The position numbers and the translations under genes were made by a program. Positions 17,384-26,657 of a stretch of 32,000 bases of DNA are shown one piece after another (within the stretch, counting starts at the first letter, position 1; each line of letters opens with the position of its first letter). The stretch lies in contig NZ_CM001976.1 of NCBI RefSeq assembly GCF_000406145.1, positions 4,487,445-4,519,444 on the forward strand. The letters are read 5' to 3'. Source of the stretch: Dickeya dadantii NCPPB 898 (GTDB lineage Bacteria; Pseudomonadota; Gammaproteobacteria; Enterobacterales; Enterobacteriaceae). Under the pieces are notes generated by a model. That model was not told the DNA's origin, made no database searches, and worked only from the letters and a program-made list of their open reading frames with translations.

Positions 17384-18271
17384 ATGGACTTACGGGATCT
17401 GAAACTGTTTTTGCATCTGGTGGAGAGCCGCCACTTCGGCCGCACCGCCAAGGCGATGCACATCAGTCCCTCCACGCTGTCGCGCCAGATTCAGCGGCTG
17501 GAAGAGGACATCGGCCAGGCGCTGTTTTTGCGCGACAACCGCACCGTGCGCCTGACCGATGCCGGCGAGCACCTGAAAACCTTCGCTCAGCAGACGTTGC
17601 TGCAATACCAGCAGTTGCGCCTGATTCTGCAACAACGCGGCCAGTCGCTCTGCGGCGAGCTGCGGCTATTCTGTTCAGTGACCGCCGCTTACAGCCACTT
17701 GCCGCCGATTCTGGATCGCTTTCGCGCGCGGTATCCGCTGGTGGAAATCAAGCTCACTACCGGCGACGCCGCCGACGCGGTGGACAAGGTGCAGTCCAAT
17801 GACGCCGACCTCGGCATCGCCGGTCACCCGGAAACGTTGCCCGGCAGCGTGGACTTCATGCCCATCGGCAAGGTGCCGCTGGTGCTGATCATTCCGGCGC
17901 TGCCCTGCCCGGTGCAGGCGCAGGCATTGTTGCCGCATCCGGACTGGTCGCAAATTCCGTTCATCCTGCCGGAGCACGGCCCGGTGCGAAAAAGAATTGA
18001 CGTCTGGTTTCGCCGTCAGCACATTACCAATCCGCCCATTTACGCTACCGTGTCCGGCCATGAAGCGATGGTTTCCATGGTGGCGCTGGGCTGCGGCATC
18101 GCCCTGATCCCTGACGTGGTACTTGAAAACAGTCCGGAACCGGTGCGTAATCGTGTGTCGATATTGGAAGCGCAAGCCATGGAGCCTTTCGAACTGGGCG
18201 TCTGCGTGCAGAAAAAGCGCCTGAACGACCCGTTGATAGCGGCATTTTGGGAAACCCTACAGGAAAAATGA
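17384..18271 (+). CDS. ilvY: LysR-family transcriptional activator of ilvC
   Basis: MDLRDLKLFLHLVESRHFGRTAKAMHISPSTLSRQIQRLEEDIGQALFLRDNRTV.. is collinear with E. coli IlvY and divergent from ilvC. Confidence 0.95.
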   Translation: MDLRDLKLFLHLVESRHFGRTAKAMHISPSTLSRQIQRLEEDIGQALFLRDNRTVRLTDAGEHLKTFAQQTLLQYQQLRLILQQRGQSLCGELRLFCSVTAAYSHLPPILDRFRARYPLVEIKLTTGDAADAVDKVQSNDADLGIAGHPETLPGSVDFMPIGKVPLVLIIPALPCPVQAQALLPHPDWSQIPFILPEHGPVRKRIDVWFRRQHITNPPIYATVSGHEAMVSMVALGCGIALIPDVVLENSPEPVRNRVSILEAQAMEPFELGVCVQKKRLNDPLIAAFWETLQEK

Positions 18272-19035
18272 TGAAACGATCGCTTGCTACGTTACTGCTG
18301 CCACTGGCTGTGGGTTGCAGTGCGCTCCCGGCGCTGGCCGCCAGTTTTCCCTGCCAGCAGGCCGCTTCGGCGCAGGAGAAACTGCTCTGCCAGACGCCGG
18401 CGCTCAGCCAACTGGACGATGAGCTGGCGAAAGAGTGGCAGAAGTCCCGCGCGTTTCTCACCGGCAACCCCGACCGCATCGCGCAGGACAAAAACCTGAC
18501 GCAGTTCCAGCGTGGCTGGCTGTCCAGCCGTAACACCTGTCGGGATGAAGAGTGCCTGCGTCAGAGCTACCAGCAGCAGCTTACTCGCCTGCGCTACCTG
18601 AACGATGTCACCCAGCACACCATGCCGGATCCGATCACCCGGTCACGCCGCGGCAGTTGCTTTGACGGTGACTACAGTTACGAGTATTACCTGCAGTTGT
18701 CCGATCAGGAGTACGCCGAACTGAGCGATTACTTCAAGGAAATGTACGACCAGAAAGCGCCGTACCACCTGGCCAACCTGACGCTGAATACCGAAAACGA
18801 CGAGATCACCGGCAACGGCTCGGTGGCGTTCCGCTATGCCAACAAACTGGATGACATCACGCTCAGCGCCCGCCAGATGACCGACACTCAGGCCATCGGC
18901 CTGACGGAAAGCAGTTTCGGCGGGCAGAAAAAACTGCTGTTGACCTGCGTTGACAACCGGCAGTTGCAAATCACGGTGTTTGACGCCGCCGGTGAAAGCT
19001 ATCTGTTTGATTATTTGATGGTAAAGGGTAAATAA
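18268..19035 (+). CDS. putative lipoprotein with an N-terminal DUF1311/LprI-like domain and an uncharacterised C-terminal domain
   Basis: MMKRSLATLLLPLAVGC has a lipobox-like AVGC; ALA-A is an alternative signal peptidase I site. The pattern C-x9-E-x2-LC-x7-LDDEL...QRGWLSSRNTC..EECL is typical of DUF1311. The start ATG (18268 or 18271) overlaps the ilvY stop (18269-18271). AGGA lies at 18261. Confidence 0.7.
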   Translation: MMKRSLATLLLPLAVGCSALPALAASFPCQQAASAQEKLLCQTPALSQLDDELAKEWQKSRAFLTGNPDRIAQDKNLTQFQRGWLSSRNTCRDEECLRQSYQQQLTRLRYLNDVTQHTMPDPITRSRRGSCFDGDYSYEYYLQLSDQEYAELSDYFKEMYDQKAPYHLANLTLNTENDEITGNGSVAFRYANKLDDITLSARQMTDTQAIGLTESSFGGQKKLLLTCVDNRQLQITVFDAAGESYLFDYLMVKGK

Positions 19036-19038
19036 CCC

Positions 19039-19779
19039 TCAGCGGCTAAACCACTTATCATCCAGAAAGGCGGGGCTGACTTTTTCGGGTTCCGCCGCTC
19101 TCTTCATCGCTTCAATCTTCATCAGGTAGTGATACAGCGGCTCCAGCCGGGTAAAACCTTGCGCCAGCACCGATACCAGTTCACCGCTGAACAGCGGTTC
19201 CTGATCCTGCCGGGTGGTCATGACCGCAAACGATTTACGGTTGTACCAGTGCGCCAGCTCCGGTGCCTGCTCCTTAACCAGCGGCCGTTTGTAACTCTCG
19301 CCCACCAGCTCAAATTCGCGCCCCAGACAGGCCGCTACCTTCAGAAAACCCTGCGGGTTGTCGCGCAGCGTCTGCCGGAATAGCTCCATGGTGGTGCGGC
19401 TGGCGCTGTAATACCCTAACCCGTAGCTCCAGTCATACGGCGTCAGTTCGAAAAAGTAGACCGGCGCATCGGTCCAGTCTTTGTGGGTACGTTTGAAGGT
19501 AAACCACATTTTGTCGCGATAGCGGGATTTGTCGTGAGAAAAGCGAGTATCGCGATGAATACGGGATAACGTTTTGCCCACTGCCGGCTTAGTTTCAAAA
19601 TGGTCGTCAATTTGCAGCATGGCGATGGACAGCGATTCCACCAGCGCCCGAAACGGCGTCAGCAGTGTGGCGTCATATTCCGGCCGGTGCTCTTCGAACC
19701 AATCCTTGCTGTCCTGCTGGCGTACCTGCTGCAAAAACGTCAGCGTCTGCGATGAAAACCCGTTGAATCCCGTTGTCAT
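19039..19779 (-). CDS. DUF2461 (TIGR02453) family protein
   Basis: The motif set F..L...........WFEEHRPEY......PF..L....., RIHRDTRFSHDKSRYRD and YYFEL-like FFELTP is as I recall for DUF2461. I prefer the ATG at 19779; the track's 19812 start is a TTG. Confidence 0.7.
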   Translation of the reverse strand: MTTGFNGFSSQTLTFLQQVRQQDSKDWFEEHRPEYDATLLTPFRALVESLSIAMLQIDDHFETKPAVGKTLSRIHRDTRFSHDKSRYRDKMWFTFKRTHKDWTDAPVYFFELTPYDWSYGLGYYSASRTTMELFRQTLRDNPQGFLKVAACLGREFELVGESYKRPLVKEQAPELAHWYNRKSFAVMTTRQDQEPLFSGELVSVLAQGFTRLEPLYHYLMKIEAMKRAAEPEKVSPAFLDDKWFSR

Positions 19780-19830
19780 GATGTGGTGTCCCTGACTGGT
19801 ATCAAACGTCAAGCCTACCGCAGCACACCC

Positions 19831-19872
19831 TAAAATAAAATGCGCCCGGCGGCGTAAACCGTCGGGCGCATT
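19831..19872 (-). terminator. rho-independent terminator of ilvA
   Basis: 10-bp perfect stem AATGCGCCCG/CGGGCGCATT (19839-19848/19863-19872) with inner extra pairs. On the minus strand it is followed by TTATTTTA. Confidence 0.8.
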
Positions 19873-19906
19873 CGGAAAAGCTAACGCGCGTCCACCTTGA
19901 AAGAGC

Positions 19907-19954
19907 TTAGCCTTGCGAGAACTTAGCCCTGCGAGAACTTAGCCTTGCAAGAAG
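19907..19954. repeat. 3 tandem 16-bp copies of the ilvA 3' terminus including its stop codon
   Basis: TTAGCCTTGCGAGAAC (19907-19922), TTAGCCCTGCGAGAAC (19923-19938) and TTAGCCTTGCAAGAAG (19939-19954). The last is the real ilvA end, ..FLQG*. Confidence 0.95.
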
Positions 19955-21483
19955 AAACGGAACGCCGGATTCTGCGTCTCATCGTGGCACTCATACCCCA
20001 GCGCCTGCAGATGTTGCTCGAACGCCGGGTCGTGTTCCGTACGCTCGAAAGCCGCCAGTACACGACCAAAGTCGGTGCCGTGGCTGCGGTAATGGAACAG
20101 CGAGATATTCCAGTACGTTCCCAGCGTATTGAGGAACTTCAGCAACGCGCCCGGCGATTCCGGGAACTCGAAGCTGTACAACCGTTCCTTCAGCGGCTTG
20201 GACGGCCGCCCACCCACCATGTAGCGCACATGCAGTTTCGCCATCTCGTCGTCGGACAGGTCCACCACCTGATAACCGCCCGCCTGCAATTCCGCCAGAA
20301 TCTCCTGCCGCTCAACATTGCCGCGCGTCAGCCGCACGCCGACAAAAATACAGGCGTTGTCGGCATTGGCGTAACGGTAGTTGAACTCGGTGACGGAACG
20401 CCCGCCCAGCAACTGGCAGAACTTGAGGAAGCTGCCCTTCTGCTCGGGAATGGTCACCGCCATCAGCGCTTCACGTTGTTCGCCCAGTTCGCAGCGCTCG
20501 GATACATAGCGCAGCCCGTGGAAGTTGACGTTGGCGCCGGACAGAATATGCGCCAGCCGCTCGCCCTGGATATTGTGCTGCTGGATGTATTTTTTCATCC
20601 CGGCCAGCGCCAGCGCCCCGGACGGTTCGGCAATCGCGCGCACATCCTCGAACAGGTCTTTGACCGCCGCGCAGATAGCGTCGCTGTCAACGGTGATCAC
20701 ATCGTCCAGATACTCCCGGCACAGGCGGAAGGTTTCGTTACCGATGCGCTTCACCGCTACCCCTTCGGCAAACAGCCCGACGCGCGGCAAATCCACCGGC
20801 TGACCGGCATCCAGCGCCGCACGCAGGCAGGCGGAATCTTCCGCTTCGACGCCGATCACCTGAATCTGCGGCATCAGTTGCTTGATTAGCACCGCCACGC
20901 CCGACGCCAGACCGCCGCCGCCCACCGGCACGAATACGCGGTCCAGATGGGCATCCTGCTGCAGCAGTTCCATCGCCACCGTCCCTTGCCCGGCGATCAC
21001 CGCCGGGTGGTCGAACGGCGGCACAAAGGTCATGTGCTGCTGTTGCGACAGTGCGATCGCCTTGGCTTTGGCTTCATCAAAGTTGGCGCCGTATAGCAGC
21101 ACTTCGCCGCCAAAATCGCGCACCGCATCCACCTTGATGTCCGCCGTGGCGACCGGCATCACGATCAACGCGCGAATGCCGAGACGGCTGGCGGACAGCG
21201 CCACGCCTTGCGCATGGTTGCCGGCCGAGGCCGTCACCACGCCGTGTGATTTCTGCTCGTCACTGAGGCTCGCCATCATGGCGTAAGCGCCGCGCAGCTT
21301 GAAGCTGTGCACCAGTTGACGATCTTCACGCTTGACCAGAATGACGTTGCCAAGCCGTGAGGACAGTTTGTCCATCGGTTCCAGCGGCGTGACCTGCGCC
21401 ACTTCGTACACCGGCGCGCGCAACACCGCGCGCAGGTACTCCGCTCCGCCGGGTTCGGCGGGAAGAGGTTGTGATACAGCCAT
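19939..21483 (-). CDS. ilvA: threonine dehydratase, biosynthetic
   Basis: 514 aa, collinear with E. coli IlvA (..YLRAVLRAPVYEVAQVTPLE..SFKLRGAY..HYRSHGTDFGRVL..NPAFRFFLQG). Confidence 0.98.
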   Translation of the reverse strand: MAVSQPLPAEPGGAEYLRAVLRAPVYEVAQVTPLEPMDKLSSRLGNVILVKREDRQLVHSFKLRGAYAMMASLSDEQKSHGVVTASAGNHAQGVALSASRLGIRALIVMPVATADIKVDAVRDFGGEVLLYGANFDEAKAKAIALSQQQHMTFVPPFDHPAVIAGQGTVAMELLQQDAHLDRVFVPVGGGGLASGVAVLIKQLMPQIQVIGVEAEDSACLRAALDAGQPVDLPRVGLFAEGVAVKRIGNETFRLCREYLDDVITVDSDAICAAVKDLFEDVRAIAEPSGALALAGMKKYIQQHNIQGERLAHILSGANVNFHGLRYVSERCELGEQREALMAVTIPEQKGSFLKFCQLLGGRSVTEFNYRYANADNACIFVGVRLTRGNVERQEILAELQAGGYQVVDLSDDEMAKLHVRYMVGGRPSKPLKERLYSFEFPESPGALLKFLNTLGTYWNISLFHYRSHGTDFGRVLAAFERTEHDPAFEQHLQALGYECHDETQNPAFRFFLQG

Positions 21484-21488
21484 GGCGT

Positions 21489-23339
21489 TTAGCCTCCCAG
21501 CTTGCTCTTGTCTCGGACCGCGCCTTTGTCGGCGCTGGTAGCCAGGCTGGCGTAAGCGCGCAGCGCAAAAGAAACCTGACGGTTACGGTTTTTCGGCGTC
21601 CAGGCGGCATCGCCGCGCGCCAGTTCCTGCTCGCGACGGCGGGCCAGATCGTCGTCGCTCACTTCCAGCGCGATACCGCGTTTGGGAATGTCGATAGCGA
21701 TCATGTCGCCGTCCTGCACCAGACCAATGATGCCGCCGTTGGCCGCTTCCGGCGACGCATGGCCGATGGACAGGCCGGAGGTGCCGCCGGAGAAACGACC
21801 GTCGGTGATCAGCGCACAGGCTTTGCCCAACCCCATCGATTTCAGGAAGCTGGTCGGATAGAGCATTTCCTGCATGCCGGGGCCGCCTTTCGGGCCTTCG
21901 TAGCGAATCACCACCACGTCGCCGGCCTGCACGCGGCCGCCCAGAATCGCTTCTACCGCGTCATCCTGGCTTTCATACACCTTGGCCGGGCCGCGGAACA
22001 CCAGACTGCCTTCATCCACGCCAGCGGTTTTCACGATACAGCCGTCTTCGGCCAGATTGCCGTACAGCACCGCCAGACCGCCATCCTGACTGTAAGCGTG
22101 TTCGCGGGAACGGATGCAGCCTTCCTGACGGTCGATATCCAGCGAATCCCAGCGGCAGTCCTGCGAGAACGCCTGCGTGGTGCGAATGCCCGCCGGGCCG
22201 GCGGCAAACATTTTTTTCACCGCGTCATCCTGCGTCAACATGACGTCATAAGCGGACAGCGTTTCCGGCAGGGTCAGGCCCAGTACGTTTTTCACGTTTT
22301 TATTCAGCAGGCCGGCGCGATCCAGCTCGCCCAAAATGCCGATCACGCCACCGGCGCGGTGCACGTCTTCCATGTGGTATTTCTGGGTGCTCGGCGCTAC
22401 TTTGCACAGCTGCGGCACTTTACGCGACAGACGATCGATGTCGTCCATGGTGAAGTCCACTTCCGCTTCCTGCGCCGATGCCAGCAGGTGCAGCACGGTA
22501 TTGGTGGAGCCGCCCATGGCGATATCCAGCGTCATGGCGTTTTCAAACGCCGCCTTGGTGGCGATATTGCGCGGCAACGCGCTGGCGTCATCCTGTTCGT
22601 AGTAACGCTTGGTCAGTTCAACGATGCGTTTACCCGCGTTGAGGAACAGCTGTTTGCGGTCGGCGTGGGTCGCCAGCAGCGAGCCGTTGCCCGGTTGGGA
22701 CAGCCCCAGCGCTTCGGTCAGGCAGTTCATGGAGTTGGCGGTGAACATGCCGGAACAGGAACCGCAGGTCGGGCAGGCGGAGCGCTCAATCTGATCGCTG
22801 TCGGCGTCACTGACATTCGGATTAGCGCCCTGAATCATGGCGTCCACCAGATCCAGCTTGATGAGCTGATTGGAAAGCTTGGTCTTCCCGGCTTCCATCG
22901 GACCGCCGGAGACGAAAATCACCGGAATGTTCAGGCGCAGCGACGCCATCAGCATCCCCGGGGTGATCTTGTCGCAGTTGGAGATACACACCATGGCGTC
23001 CGCGCAGTGCGCGTTGACCATGTACTCCACCGAGTCGGCGATCAGTTCGCGGGACGGCAGGGAATAGAGCATACCGCCATGCCCCATGGCGATACCGTCA
23101 TCCACCGCGATGGTATTAAATTCTTTGGCGACGCCGCCGGCGGCTTCAATTTGCTCGGCGACCAGTTTGCCCAGATCGCGCAGGTGAACGTGTCCGGGTA
23201 CGAATTGCGTGAACGAGTTCACCACGGCGATGATGGGCTTGCCGAAATCGGCGTCGGTCATCCCGGTGGCGCGCCACAGGGCTCGCGCTCCAGCCATATT
23301 ACGACCATGCGTGGTGGTGGCTGAACGGTACTTAGGCAT
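21489..23339 (-). CDS. ilvD: dihydroxy-acid dehydratase
   Basis: 616 aa. [53 protein letters not shown].. matches E. coli IlvD. Confidence 0.98.
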   Translation of the reverse strand: MPKYRSATTTHGRNMAGARALWRATGMTDADFGKPIIAVVNSFTQFVPGHVHLRDLGKLVAEQIEAAGGVAKEFNTIAVDDGIAMGHGGMLYSLPSRELIADSVEYMVNAHCADAMVCISNCDKITPGMLMASLRLNIPVIFVSGGPMEAGKTKLSNQLIKLDLVDAMIQGANPNVSDADSDQIERSACPTCGSCSGMFTANSMNCLTEALGLSQPGNGSLLATHADRKQLFLNAGKRIVELTKRYYEQDDASALPRNIATKAAFENAMTLDIAMGGSTNTVLHLLASAQEAEVDFTMDDIDRLSRKVPQLCKVAPSTQKYHMEDVHRAGGVIGILGELDRAGLLNKNVKNVLGLTLPETLSAYDVMLTQDDAVKKMFAAGPAGIRTTQAFSQDCRWDSLDIDRQEGCIRSREHAYSQDGGLAVLYGNLAEDGCIVKTAGVDEGSLVFRGPAKVYESQDDAVEAILGGRVQAGDVVVIRYEGPKGGPGMQEMLYPTSFLKSMGLGKACALITDGRFSGGTSGLSIGHASPEAANGGIIGLVQDGDMIAIDIPKRGIALEVSDDDLARRREQELARGDAAWTPKNRNRQVSFALRAYASLATSADKGAVRDKSKLGG

Positions 23340-23408
23340 ACTCTGATTACTCCAGTTTAAACGGGTAGCCGGCGGCGGTTTGCGCCACCGGAAAAAGTCT
23401 TTGTTTGA

Positions 23409-24335
23409 TTAACGGTTTACCGGGTCCAGCCAGCCCCATTTGTCTTCCGTCTCGCCGGTGAACAGGCCGAAGAACGCCTGCTGTAGCTGTTTGGTAACCG
23501 GGCCGCATTTGCCGATGCCGACCTGAATGCCGTCCACGCTGCGAACCGGGGTGATTTCCGCCGCCGTGCCGGACATGAACACTTCATCCGCCAGATACAG
23601 CGATTCGCGCGACAACACCTGCTCGCGCACTTCAAAGCCTTTGTCTTTCGCCAGCTTGATGATGGCGTCGCGGGTAATACCCGGCAGCGCGGCGGAAGTG
23701 AACGGCGGGGTGAAAATCACGCCGTCTTTTACTTCAAACAGGTTTTCACCTGCGCCTTCAGAGACATAACCGTTCACATCCAACGCGATCCCTTCCTGAT
23801 AACCGTGACGGCGCGCTTCGCTGCCCACCAGCAGAGAAGACAGGTAGTTACCACCAGCTTTAGCCGCGGTCGGAATGGTATTGGCGGCAACGCGATTCCA
23901 GGACGACACCATGGCGTCGATCCCCTGATCCAGCGCTTCTTCGCCCAGATACGCGCCCCACGGGAACGCCGCGATAATCACATCGGTGTTATAGCCGGCT
24001 GGCGGGTTAACCCCCATGCCTACATCGCCAACAAATACCAGCGGGCGAATATACGCGCTGGTCAGTTTGTTCCGACGCAGCGTTTCGCGGCAAGCTTCCA
24101 TCAGCTCGTCAACGCTGTAGGAGATCGGCATACGGTAAATTTTGGCTGAATCATGCAGGCGCTGCATGTGTTCGCGATGACGGAACACCACCGGCCCTTT
24201 GTGAGAACTATAGCACCGCACACCTTCAAACACCGACGTGCCGTAATGCAGCGCGTGGGACATCACGTGAACTTTGGCGTCCGCCCAGGGAATCATTTCG
24301 CCATTGAACCAGATATAGTCTGCTTTTTTTGTCAT
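23409..24335 (-). CDS. ilvE: branched-chain amino acid aminotransferase
   Basis: 308 aa. MTKKADYIWFNGEMIPWADAKVHVMSHALHYGTSVFEG.. matches E. coli IlvE. Confidence 0.98.
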   Translation of the reverse strand: MTKKADYIWFNGEMIPWADAKVHVMSHALHYGTSVFEGVRCYSSHKGPVVFRHREHMQRLHDSAKIYRMPISYSVDELMEACRETLRRNKLTSAYIRPLVFVGDVGMGVNPPAGYNTDVIIAAFPWGAYLGEEALDQGIDAMVSSWNRVAANTIPTAAKAGGNYLSSLLVGSEARRHGYQEGIALDVNGYVSEGAGENLFEVKDGVIFTPPFTSAALPGITRDAIIKLAKDKGFEVREQVLSRESLYLADEVFMSGTAAEITPVRSVDGIQVGIGKCGPVTKQLQQAFFGLFTGETEDKWGWLDPVNR

Positions 24336-24359
24336 TGTTGATTTTCCTTACCGATGCCG

Positions 24360-24617
24360 TCAGGCACGTATTTGTTGTGATGTGAGCGGCTGGATCTCCA
24401 CACAGGCAATGTCCAGCAGTTTGCTTAATTGGGTTGACAATAAATCCACCGATCTGTGGCTGGCAACGGTCATTTCTATCTGTACCTGATCGTCGTTATT
24501 CGCCTGCGTCATATTCATGGCGCAAACCTGAAAACCACGATGACGGGTCACGCGCAACACGCGCTCCAATACTTCCGGACGATAACGGGCCTGAATGGAA
24601 AGCTGATGATGTGTCAT
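24360..24617 (-). CDS. ilvM: acetolactate synthase II small subunit
   Basis: MTHHQLSIQARYRPEVLERVLRVTRHRGFQVCAMNM.. aligns with the E. coli IlvM start. AGGAG lies 8 nt upstream of the ATG at 24617. An alternative ATG at 24635 overlaps the ilvG stop. Confidence 0.9.
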   Translation of the reverse strand: MTHHQLSIQARYRPEVLERVLRVTRHRGFQVCAMNMTQANNDDQVQIEMTVASHRSVDLLSTQLSKLLDIACVEIQPLTSQQIRA

Positions 24618-24634
24618 GGGAAAATCTCCTGCCA

Positions 24635-26281
24635 TTATTCTGTTTTATCCAGCATTGTTTCATTACCGGCACCCGGCGGCACCAGCGGCCAGACATTCTC
24701 ATTCTCATCGATGGAAACATGCAGCAGGTACGGACCTTCGCTATTCAGCAGCGCATCCAGGGCGGAATCAATCTGGTCTTTATGGGTGATTTGCTGGCCG
24801 GGAATGCCGAAAGCGCTGGCCAGCATCAGGAAATCGGGGTTATCGGAGAGGTTGGTTTCACTGTAGCGTTCGTCGAAAAACAGTTGCTGCCATTGTCGAA
24901 CCATGCCCAGTCGCTGATTATCCAGCAACACGATTTTCAGCGGCAGACGTTTTCGTTTGATGGTGCCGAGCTCCTGCACATTCATCATGAAAGAGCCGTC
25001 ACCGGAAATACAAATTACGGTATCGTCAGGGCGCGCCACCTGTGCGCCGACCGCCGCCGGCACGCCAAATCCCATGGTGCCAAGCCCGCTTGAGGTGATG
25101 AAATTTTCCGGACGGGTGAAGTGCATATGCTGGGCGGCCCACATCTGGTGCTGCCCGACGTCGGTGGTGATCACCGTCTCGGCCGGCATACGGTCCGCCA
25201 GAGTGCGGAGCAGCGCCGGCGCATAAATGGCCTTGCCCGGATGGTCATAACGCCACTCGTATTCGGCCTTCATCATCGCCGCCAGCTGACGCCAGTCAGC
25301 GATGTCCAGCGGTTGTTGCAGCGCCGGCAGCAGTTGATTCAGATCACCGCGCAGCGCCACATGCGCCTGCCGCAGTTTATTCAGCTCCGCCGGGTCGATA
25401 TCCATGTGGATCACACCGGCATGCGGCGCAAACGCGCTCAGTTTGCCGGTCACGCGGTCATCAAAACGCGCGCCGACGGCAATCAGCAAGTCGCACTCCT
25501 GCACCAGCAGGTTGGCGGCGCGGGTGCCGTGCATACCGATCATACCGAGATAGTACGGGTAGTCCTTCTCGACCGCGCCCAACCCTTTCAGGGTCGCCAC
25601 GGCGGGAATTTGAGCCGTTTCGATAAACGAGCGCAACGCCGGAACCGCCTGCGCCATTCCTACGCCGCCCCCCACATACAGCACCGGTTTTTTCGCCCGC
25701 GCCAGCATCGCCCGCGCTTCTGCGACCTGCTGGGCCGAGAACGGCATCACGTCATCCACCGGCATGAAACACGGAGAGAAATCCCCTTCCGCCAGTTGAA
25801 TATCCTTGGGAATATCAATCAGTACCGGGCCGGGACGCCCGCTGCGGGCCACGGCGAAGGCTTCGGCCATGATCTCCGGCAACGACGCGATGGAGTCGAC
25901 CAGAAAACTGTGTTTGGTGCAGGCCAGCGACAAGCCGAGTACGTCGATCTCCTGAAAGGCATCGGTTCCGATCAGGGCAGAGCCGACCTGGCCGGTAATC
26001 GCCACAATGGGTACCGAATCCAGCAACGCATCCGCCAGACCGGTGATCAGATTGGTCGCGCCGGGGCCGGACGTCGCAATGCAAACCCCGACGTTGCCGG
26101 TAGAACGGGCATAACCAATGGCGGCCATCGCCGCCCCCTGCTCATGGCGACAGAGCAGGTGTTCCACGCCGCCGTCGTACAACGCATCATAGACCGGCAT
26201 AATCGCGCCACCAGGATAACCGAATACGGTTTCCACTCCCTGCGCCCGCAACGCTTGTACCACCCACTGCGCACCATTCAT
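24635..26281 (-). CDS. ilvG: acetolactate synthase II large subunit (intact)
   Basis: Uninterrupted 548-aa [37 protein letters not shown].. is ThDP-enzyme homology. It has no frameshift, unlike the E. coli K-12 allele. Confidence 0.97.
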   Translation of the reverse strand: MNGAQWVVQALRAQGVETVFGYPGGAIMPVYDALYDGGVEHLLCRHEQGAAMAAIGYARSTGNVGVCIATSGPGATNLITGLADALLDSVPIVAITGQVGSALIGTDAFQEIDVLGLSLACTKHSFLVDSIASLPEIMAEAFAVARSGRPGPVLIDIPKDIQLAEGDFSPCFMPVDDVMPFSAQQVAEARAMLARAKKPVLYVGGGVGMAQAVPALRSFIETAQIPAVATLKGLGAVEKDYPYYLGMIGMHGTRAANLLVQECDLLIAVGARFDDRVTGKLSAFAPHAGVIHMDIDPAELNKLRQAHVALRGDLNQLLPALQQPLDIADWRQLAAMMKAEYEWRYDHPGKAIYAPALLRTLADRMPAETVITTDVGQHQMWAAQHMHFTRPENFITSSGLGTMGFGVPAAVGAQVARPDDTVICISGDGSFMMNVQELGTIKRKRLPLKIVLLDNQRLGMVRQWQQLFFDERYSETNLSDNPDFLMLASAFGIPGQQITHKDQIDSALDALLNSEGPYLLHVSIDENENVWPLVPPGAGNETMLDKTE

Positions 26282-26283
26282 AG

Positions 26284-26334
26284 TTATTTCCCCGACTCTA
26301 TCTGGGGAAAACAGGATTTTATGCTAATCGACAT
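26284..26334 (-). CDS. ilvX: ilvX-like 16-codon ORF between the attenuator and ilvG
   Basis: [16 protein letters not shown] is preceded by GGGAG 5-6 nt upstream, and its stop lies 2 nt before the ilvG ATG. It has the same length and position as the 16-aa E. coli IlvX. It shares M1, S4, K6, C8, F9 and G15 with my recollection of MNNSTKFCFSRFRTGN. Confidence 0.5.
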   Translation of the reverse strand: MSISIKSCFPQIESGK

Positions 26335-26366
26335 TGTCTGCTCCCTTGTTGCGATTGCCGGCCCAT

Positions 26367-26400
26367 AAAAAAACCCCCGACCTTTCGGTGCGGGGGTTTT
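26367..26400 (-). terminator. ilvGMEDA attenuator terminator
   Basis: Minus strand: ACCCCCGCACC-GAAA-GGTCGGGGGT followed by T7, 21 nt after the ilvL stop. Confidence 0.85.
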
Positions 26401-26420
26401 CTTGAATTCGGCCTTGATTT

Positions 26421-26519
26421 CTAAGCCATTCTTCGTCCAAGTGCTGCCCCGCACGGTGGGATAATAATCACCACCACGCTAATCACGACTAGGCTAATCA
26501 CCAGGTTGAAGGCTTTCAT
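26421..26519 (-). CDS. ilvL: ilv operon leader peptide
   Basis: MKAFNLVISLVVISVVVIIIPPCGAALGRRMA* is 32 codons, 14 of them Ile/Leu/Val. It closely resembles E. coli IlvL (..LVVISVVVIIIPPCGAALGR..). Confidence 0.9.
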   Translation of the reverse strand: MKAFNLVISLVVISVVVIIIPPCGAALGRRMA

Positions 26520-26561
26520 TTCAGGTTGTTCATTAATCTACTGTCGAACGAATACCTACAG

Positions 26562-26600
26562 AGTTATCACAGTAAGCCCTGCGGTGACAACTTTTTTTTC
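26562..26600 (-). promoter_or_regulatory. candidate sigma-70 promoter of the ilvL-GMEDA operon with an upstream A-tract
   Basis: Minus strand: A8 tract (26592-26599), TTGTCA (26585-26590), 17-nt spacer, ATAACT (26562-26567). It lies about 40 nt upstream of the ilvL ATG. Confidence 0.5.
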
Positions 26601-26657
26601 CGCGGCTATTGGGTCAACAAACCGATAAGCATCACAAAACGGCTTATTATTCATGCA

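Noticed and set aside
21471-23324. 617-aa stop-free ORF on the plus strand spanning almost all of ilvD in antisense
   Set aside because: ilvD on the minus strand is unambiguous, with full-length homology. The antisense product is low-complexity and rich in R/A/G/H/Q, has no recognisable motif and no RBS. Long antisense frames are expected opposite GC-rich, codon-biased genes. It would merit attention only if stop-free status proved conserved beyond chance across genera, or if ribosome profiling showed translation.
23340-23408. Imperfect hairpin (CCGGTGGCG..CGCCGCCGG) in the ilvE-ilvD spacer as a possible internal terminator
   Set aside because: It has one stem mismatch and no T-run, and it lies inside a well-known polycistronic operon. 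At most it is an mRNA-stability element, and the evidence is insufficient.
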